Below are positions 58,526-64,000 of a stretch of DNA of 64,000 bases, in pieces. The translations under genes were made by a program, and so were the position numbers. The first letter of the stretch is position 1. Every line of letters starts with the position of its first letter. Source of the stretch: an uncultured Pseudomonadota bacterium. GTDB lineage: Bacteria; Chloroflexota; UBA5177; JAJPKF01. The notes under the pieces are model-generated. The model saw only the letters and a list, made by a program, of their open reading frames with translations. It did no database searches and was not told the origin of the DNA. The stretch is taken from the NCBI GenBank assembly GCA_963836045.1, contig CAWIIC010000016.1:886-64885 (forward strand). The letters are read 5' to 3'.

Positions 58526-58780
58526 ATGAGCAGTGAAGTAAAGGATTCAAACGCAAAACCGCGCCGCGGGCGAATATCTTCCAAGAACCAGGTGACCCTT
58601 CCAGTAGCGGCCCTGGAGAGAGCACACCTTGGTGCGGGGTCTCGGGTCGTCATTGAGGCCGAAGGGCCGGGCCGGATCGTAGTTAGGGCGGTAGACGATG
58701 ACTTCGACCGGTTCGTGGGCTGCCTTGCGGGCGTGTGGGGCCCCGGTGCACTGGATGATCTACGTAACGAATGGCGCTGA
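58526..58780 (+). CDS. AbrB/MazE/SpoVT-type antitoxin (VapB-type)
   Basis: Start set at ATG 58526. ISSKNQVTLPVAALERAHLGAGSRVVIEAEGPGRIVV is a swapped-hairpin SpoVT/AbrB pattern. It overlaps the next gene by 10 nt. Confidence 0.7.
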   Translation: MSSEVKDSNAKPRRGRISSKNQVTLPVAALERAHLGAGSRVVIEAEGPGRIVVRAVDDDFDRFVGCLAGVWGPGALDDLRNEWR

Positions 58781-59175
58781 CCGTGGTCGACGCCAGCATA
58801 GTCATCGCCGTACTGGAGTCGACAGATACACATCATGCGACGGCTGCCGAGGCACTGCGAGTCGCCCGATCTGCTAACGGAGCGCGCTTGGTTCTCCCGG
58901 CGACGGCATACGCCGAGGTGCTGGTCTACCCGGAAAGAGCCGGAGCTGAAGTTGCGGCGACGGTCCGAGCGTTCTGCTCTCAGGAGTTTGTAATCGAACC
59001 CATAAGCACGTCGATTGCAGAGACTGCTGCCCGCCTTCGAGCGCGACACTCATCGCTTCGCCTACCCGACGCACTTGTGATCGCTACCGCCGAATGTCTC
59101 AACGCCGACGTGCTGCTAACGGCGGACGCTCGCTGGAAATCGTACGTCTCTGGAGTCACGGTCATCACCTCGTGA
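58771..59175 (+). CDS. vapC: PIN-domain toxin, VapC-type
   Basis: MALTVVDASIVIAVLE...LVLPATAYAEVL...LRLPDALVIATAECLNADVLLTADARW. Confidence 0.8.
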   Translation: MALTVVDASIVIAVLESTDTHHATAAEALRVARSANGARLVLPATAYAEVLVYPERAGAEVAATVRAFCSQEFVIEPISTSIAETAARLRARHSSLRLPDALVIATAECLNADVLLTADARWKSYVSGVTVITS

Positions 59176-59621
59176 TGTTGGGTCGCAATTGTTCGTTCCA
59201 AACGAATGCCTGAGCTGGTAGCGCTTCCGCGGACTCGGCGCGCTCCCGTACCCGGCCAGCGTAGGCTTCGACGGAGCAGCCCTGACGTCCCCGAAGTGCC
59301 GTGATGTGGCTGCGGAACGCCCACGTAAAGGGAGGGTGGGAACTGGCGCCTCTGGTGGTCGATGAACCTCCGCCGCCTCTATCTGACCGTGGGTCCCCAG
59401 CCGCGAAACCTATCGTCGCCCCCACCGGCCCGAATCTGGCCTACCCCACGTCCACACCGGAATAGCGTCCCCGCGTCCGTCAGCCTACCCCAACGGACGG
59501 CCGGACGTTTTTTCAGCACCCAGGCGGTCTGCGGGCACTCACGAGGGTTAAGGCCGAGCAGGCTCTGGGACACGGCCCTAAACATTCTGCAATGGCAGCT
59601 TACAGTGCCACCATCCCAAGC

Positions 59622-61001
59622 TCACGAAAGCGGCAGGTTCGACAGTAACACTCCGTCACGGTCGTAGCGGCTTCGCACTTCCTTAAGTCGCTCGTACACG
59701 TCCGGCGGGAACTTGTCGCTTGACGGAGCCGTTCTCTCGGCGAAGTTGGGAGTGCTCCGGCCAGCGCTGTACGGCGAAACCTTAGACAGCAAGCCGTCGA
59801 TGGCATGTTCCACTGCCACACCCATCTCGGGTGACATGACCATGCCGACCGCGAACATCGCAAATTCTGCATCGGCCAAAGTGCACGCGCACGGTTCCGC
59901 CGATGGCCGGGCTAGAGCGCCTCCGAGATGTCGGATCTCCACAGACAGCAGCGGAGTACCGCTACTCGGTCCCGCGGCAGCGTCCAACGCCCTGACCGCA
60001 TCAGCTCCGAATGTCCGCATCAACACCCCGTCACCCGCGGCCGGCACCGGCTCAGGTGGGTCCATATGCAGCTCGCTTAGCCGGCTCGGCGGCATAACGC
60101 CAACGGTGTCGATTTCCGGCCCAAGGGCTCGAAGCGGCTTAATCAGCCCTGCTCCAGCGTCTTCGCTGCCGGCATACGCCAGCTCGATCATGACGAATGA
60201 GCGGCCCCGCAGGAACTCGGGCAATTGAGGCAGCGGCGGAAGGTGAAGGATGCGGCCCAAAGAAGTCACCTCGTCCGGAACTTCTCTGATCCAGTCGCTC
60301 CACGCGGTTAGTATCTCCTCGCACCGTTCGACCGGCCAGAAGAGATCGCCGGCATACACCTCGCGGACAGGATGAAGGCTAAACTCGATCGCCGTGACGA
60401 CCCCGAAGGTGCCGCCACCCCCGCGCAGCGCCCAGAACAGATCCGCATCGTGTTCGGCATCGACCCGCTTGAGCTCCGCATCTGCCGTGACCAGCTCGAC
60501 CGCCTGCACGCTCCCCGACGCGGTACCGTATTGCCGGGCGAGAAAGCCAATACCTCCTCCCAATGTGTAACCCACAACCCCGACATCACCGGAGGAGCCT
60601 GCCAGCGCTGCCAGCCCGTGCTCCGCTGCCGGCACCGTGACGTCCGTCCAGATCGCGCCCGCCTCGGCCCGCGCTACCCGCGTCACTGGATCGATCGTAA
60701 CCGCACGCATTCTTTCGGTCTTTACCAGGATTGCATTCGCAAGCGGTCCCAGCCCCGCCGCGCCATGTCCCGTTCCCTGAGCTGCAACCGACAATCCGTG
60801 CGCCCGCGCAAAACCCACGATCTCGACGACGTCAGCCGACGATTCCGGGAAAGCGACAAGCGCAGGCTGCTGATCCACCGCGAGATTCCAGGCCGCACGA
60901 GCAGCATCCCAGCCCTCGTCACCACTGGTAACCACGTCTCCTTTAATACGCTCGCGCAAGGTAACGACGTCATCCATAACGATGGGGGTCGTCTGAGTCA
61001 T
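59622..61001 (-). CDS. FAD-binding (PCMH-type, BBE-like) oxidoreductase
   Basis: Start set at ATG 61001 (GGAGGA upstream). PALVAFPESSADVVEIVGFARAHGLSVAAQGTGHGAAG...GDVGVVGYTLGGGIGFLARQYG...LFWALRGGGGTFGVVT. Confidence 0.85.
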   Translation of the reverse strand: MTQTTPIVMDDVVTLRERIKGDVVTSGDEGWDAARAAWNLAVDQQPALVAFPESSADVVEIVGFARAHGLSVAAQGTGHGAAGLGPLANAILVKTERMRAVTIDPVTRVARAEAGAIWTDVTVPAAEHGLAALAGSSGDVGVVGYTLGGGIGFLARQYGTASGSVQAVELVTADAELKRVDAEHDADLFWALRGGGGTFGVVTAIEFSLHPVREVYAGDLFWPVERCEEILTAWSDWIREVPDEVTSLGRILHLPPLPQLPEFLRGRSFVMIELAYAGSEDAGAGLIKPLRALGPEIDTVGVMPPSRLSELHMDPPEPVPAAGDGVLMRTFGADAVRALDAAAGPSSGTPLLSVEIRHLGGALARPSAEPCACTLADAEFAMFAVGMVMSPEMGVAVEHAIDGLLSKVSPYSAGRSTPNFAERTAPSSDKFPPDVYERLKEVRSRYDRDGVLLSNLPLS

Positions 61002-61279
61002 CTTTGCTCCTCCAATACACTTGATAAGCAACACGGGACCCCAGCCTGGCAACGGCCGGGTCAAATCGAATCATCCGACGAAACAAAATACCAACCCCTG
61101 TCAACTTGTCAAATCCCACAGTCATCAGGTCGCACCTTCAAAGGGATGCCCAGCTCTCCGGTTGCCGCACACACCGAAGGGGGTCAGACGGTGGCCGTCG
61201 CCCATCGTCGCAGTGACCGGCCACGAGATGACTAAACGGAGCAATCTCCATGAATGACAGCCGCCGCGATGTCCCCACG

Positions 61280-61312
61280 GTAGGTTTAATGGTAGGTTTA
61301 GACGTAGGTTTA
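61280..61312 (+). promoter_or_regulatory. Three direct repeats GTAGGTTTA at 12-nt spacing upstream of the Xre-RES module; candidate operator
   Basis: GTAGGTTTAATG GTAGGTTTAGAC GTAGGTTTAGTG. It ends 54 nt before TTG 61366, which has GGAGGA 6 nt upstream. Confidence 0.45.
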
Positions 61313-61365
61313 GTGATTCAGCACGAGATCACACCCGAAAGAACCAGCGAACCGGAGGAAACGTT

Positions 61366-61755
61366 TTGGCCACATGGATGGTGGACCCGACAGTCATCGA
61401 ACGGGAGGCGACTCGGCGTAGCGTCAGTGAGAAAGCCCGGTATCTACAAGACACCTTAGGACAACAGGTCGTCGCCTACGTCTGCGGCCTAAGAGACCCA
61501 AAGATGGTTGGTCAATGGGCACGCCAACAGGCCCAGCCACGCCCGCCGGCCGACTTACGTCTCCGTCAAGCCTACGAGGCTGTGCGCCTCATAGTCGAGA
61601 CGTACGACACCGACACGGCGAAGTCGTGGCTATTCGGTAGCAATACTCGATTGGACGATGAAGCACCAGCCTACATGCTGCGCCACGCTAAGTCATTTGA
61701 CCAAATGCGCTTGATTGTTCCGACTGCGCGGGGTTTTGTAGCCGGCGGCTTCTGA
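61366..61755 (+). CDS. Xre/MbcA/ParS-family antitoxin (DUF2384-type C-terminal domain)
   Basis: 129 aa. C-terminal AKSWLFGSNTRLDDEAPAYMLRH...MRLIVPTARGF matches the toxin-binding domain pattern (A..WL...N..L....P..ll). It sits directly upstream of a RES gene. Confidence 0.7.
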   Translation: MATWMVDPTVIEREATRRSVSEKARYLQDTLGQQVVAYVCGLRDPKMVGQWARQQAQPRPPADLRLRQAYEAVRLIVETYDTDTAKSWLFGSNTRLDDEAPAYMLRHAKSFDQMRLIVPTARGFVAGGF

Positions 61756-62391
61756 TTGGACCGTGTCGTCTGGCACGTTGGCTGGGTCGGCGCTCCACTT
61801 GACTTCATTCCCCATAAATACTGCAGCTGGCGAAACCGCTTCGACGACGTCCACCGTCGGTACCGGACGGTATATGTCGCGTTTGAAGATCTCACGTGCG
61901 TCCGCGAGGTCCTGGCCGATCTGCGTCCGAATACCAGGGCGCTGGCGGAGTTTCAAGAGTTGTTCGGTAGCTCGAATCTCCTGATTGCCGGCGAGGTTAG
62001 CTGGGGCTTCCGAGAGAAACGAGTGCTGGCGCCGGCCAGAATCCGGATTCTCGAAGGCAAGATCGTTGACATCGACGACATTGATGTCCGCCGTAGATTG
62101 GAGGTGCAGCACGCAGCGCTGCTTCACCGGCATGGGATGGAACATCTGAACACCAGCGAAGTGCGCAGCGAGACGCGTGCTGTTACGCAGACCATCTCCG
62201 CCGCTTTGTTCGACGAAGGCGCCGCCGGTATCAGATTTCGGTCCAAGCTCGATGACTTGCCATGTGTAGTGCTGTTCGAAGGGAGAGCCGTTCTAAACGG
62301 AGCCGGAGACCCAGAGCCCTTGACCAGTCCAATCCCGGCCCTCTTGCAGGTTTGCGACGAATTCAACCTCGTGCTGCGGCAGAAGAAGTGA
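61756..62391 (+). CDS. RES-domain toxin (NAD+-targeting family)
   Basis: 211 aa, starting 1 nt after the antitoxin stop. WRNRFDD..RRYRTVYVAFEDLTCVREVL...GIRFRSKLDD gives the R...E...S order. Gene order is as in ParST/MbcTA modules. Confidence 0.75.
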   Translation: MDRVVWHVGWVGAPLDFIPHKYCSWRNRFDDVHRRYRTVYVAFEDLTCVREVLADLRPNTRALAEFQELFGSSNLLIAGEVSWGFREKRVLAPARIRILEGKIVDIDDIDVRRRLEVQHAALLHRHGMEHLNTSEVRSETRAVTQTISAALFDEGAAGIRFRSKLDDLPCVVLFEGRAVLNGAGDPEPLTSPIPALLQVCDEFNLVLRQKK

Positions 62392-62715
62392 TGCAAGAGC
62401 CGGCGAACAGACGACCAGAGAAGAATCCGCAACTGACGAAATCCTAAGCGGCAGCAAGTGCAGTATGACGAACTGCTGCTCAGATCGGCTGCTACGAAGC
62501 CGGCATGGATCACCGATGATCGTAGAAACCGCGCATGCTGCGCAGTACAGTCTCAGCTCGCTTCTGCGGTGGCGAGTCCCGATGCCGCGGGGCGACACCA
62601 GGGTCGCAGTAGCAGTAGGAGCCGGCGCCAGTCACGTGCCGTTGTCGACTTGTCTGCTGGTGGGGCTCGCATGGACGCTTGACCCTAGTTTCTATGGTCT
62701 AACAAACAGCGTCCG

Positions 62716-63201
62716 TTGCCCGCCTGCCGGTATAATAGTTCTGTGACAGAGATATTATCCGAGACTAGGACGGCAACCGATCTGATGGAGGCGATGTCCT
62801 CCCTCCGTCGCGCTCTTCGCCGTCGAGTCGGCAAGGTCGGACGGGTAAGCGACCTCACGGACGCACAGAGGGAGCTGGTGCGGCTCGTCCGGCGTAATCC
62901 TGGGGTCCGAATCGGTAGCGCCGCGTCCGAGCTGCGGCTGGCGCCTAACACTGTAAGCACCCTTGTGCGCTCGCTGATAGAAACCGGATGGCTGGAGCGG
63001 AAAACCGACCCGGAAGATTCGAGGTCGGGTCAGCTCTATCTGTCAAACACGGCAGAGGTATCGGTAGCCGAATGGCGTGACCGAAGGTTGGCAGTTCTCG
63101 ATGATGCAATGTCAAAGTTGCCCGCCCGAGATCGCCACCGTGTTGAGGCTGCCCTCCCGGCCATATTCCAGCTCGTCGATCGACTCGAGGACGGCGTATG
63201 A
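62716..63201 (+). CDS. MarR-family transcriptional regulator
   Basis: LTDAQRELVRLVRRNPGVRIGSAASELRLAPNTVSTLVRSLIETGWLERKTDPEDSRSGQLYLS is a winged HTH. An alternative start is GTG 62743, just after a TATAAT box at 62731-62736. Confidence 0.8.
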   Translation: MPACRYNSSVTEILSETRTATDLMEAMSSLRRALRRRVGKVGRVSDLTDAQRELVRLVRRNPGVRIGSAASELRLAPNTVSTLVRSLIETGWLERKTDPEDSRSGQLYLSNTAEVSVAEWRDRRLAVLDDAMSKLPARDRHRVEAALPAIFQLVDRLEDGV

Positions 63202-64000
63202 CCGTCGCGGTATCCGGCGCCATTGCCTCCGAACCCGGGCCGGGATTTGTTCCCGCCATCCGGGTCGAGAATTTGACGGTCCAGTACGGCGACATCCGCG
63301 CGGTCGACGATATCTCTTTTGAGATCCTGCCCGGCGAGGTCTTCGGCCTTCTCGGCCCCAACGGAGCGGGAAAGACGACCACGATACGAGTACTGACCAC
63401 GCTGCTGCCTCCCGCCGGGGGACGCGCCTACATCTTCGGATTGGACGTTGCTCGTAACAGCATGGACGTTCGCAAGATGATCGGTTACGTCCCGCAGCAG
63501 CTCGGTATCGACGGATCGCTGACGGGCTGGGAGAACGTCTGGCTGTTCGCCCGCCTGTTTGATGTGCCTAGGAAGGAGCGACGCGACCGCATCGAAGACG
63601 CCTTGCAGACCGCCGGACTGACGGACGCCTCCAACCGGCTGGCCAGCACGTACTCCGGCGGCATGGTTCGACGGCTGGAGCTTGCTCAAGCCCTGGTAAA
63701 CCGGCCCCGGCTGCTTATCCTCGACGAGCCCACTATCGGCCTTGATCCGATCGCTCGATCCGGGATCTGGGAAAAGGTGGAGGCTCTCCGCGCAGAGCTG
63801 GGGATGACGGTCCTGGTGACGACCCACTACATGGATGAAGCCGACGCTCTATGCGAGCGACTGGCCATCATGCATCATGGGTCGATCAGAGCAGAGGGAA
63901 CGCCGGACGAGCTGAAGGACTCGGTCGGCCCAGAAGCCACACTCGACGACGTTTTCCGCTACTACGCGGGCGGCGATCTGAACGACTCGGGTAGCGAGTC
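63198..64000 (+). CDS. ABC transporter ATP-binding protein (DrrA/ABC-2 type), 3' end outside window
   Basis: ATG 63198 overlaps the MarR stop (ATGA). My translation: ...IRVENLTVQYGDIRAVDDISFEILPGEVFGLLGPNGAGKTTTIRVL...YSGGMVRRLELAQAL...LLILDEPTIGLDP...VLVTTHYMDEA. It is not in the ORF track because it runs off the window. Confidence 0.85.
   Translation, partial: MTVAVSGAIASEPGPGFVPAIRVENLTVQYGDIRAVDDISFEILPGEVFGLLGPNGAGKTTTIRVLTTLLPPAGGRAYIFGLDVARNSMDVRKMIGYVPQQLGIDGSLTGWENVWLFARLFDVPRKERRDRIEDALQTAGLTDASNRLASTYSGGMVRRLELAQALVNRPRLLILDEPTIGLDPIARSGIWEKVEALRAELGMTVLVTTHYMDEADALCERLAIMHHGSIRAEGTPDELKDSVGPEATLDDVFRYYAGGDLNDSGSE

Overview
GC-rich bacterial chromosomal segment. I saw no rRNA, tRNA or CRISPR array. 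It reads as an accessory region with many decayed genes. Left part: metabolic genes (UxaA-family C-terminus, SDR, glutamine-synthetase-family gene, COG2085/F420-type reductase-like gene, MFS transporter fused to a cNMP-binding domain). Centre: a dense set of secreted repeat proteins (beta-helix choice-of-anchor-Q protein, PQQ-like propeller, EXORDIUM-like/beta-helix protein, YVTN and NHL-like propellers, two 14-blade CWG/RCC1-like proteins, S53 peptidase, IPT/TIG+SLH surface protein, HExxH protein). This set is interrupted by an AddAB/AdnAB-type helicase-nuclease pair, an AbiE module and a large HTH-ATPase-Ser/Thr-kinase fusion. Right part: IS630 element, three VapBC-type modules (one decayed), a RES-Xre module, DinB-family gene, Crp/Fnr regulator, FAD-linked oxidase, MarR and the start of an ABC ATPase. 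Two observations stand out. (1) A modular intergenic repeat family that I cannot assign to a known family. It has about 100-nt head-to-tail units joined at TTCGAAAATG, a second hairpin-containing module, and CTGAMAA heptamer arrays. It occurs at five loci, always in the same orientation. Two heptamer arrays abut the stop codons of minus-strand genes and bracket the crp gene. (2) Frame switches are unusually frequent within homology-supported genes (at least ten genes, one with 5 or more), and there are several gene remnants. Long core-like genes remain intact. All coordinates of frameshifts, repeat borders and starts are hand-derived and approximate. Family assignments are from motif recognition, not database searches.
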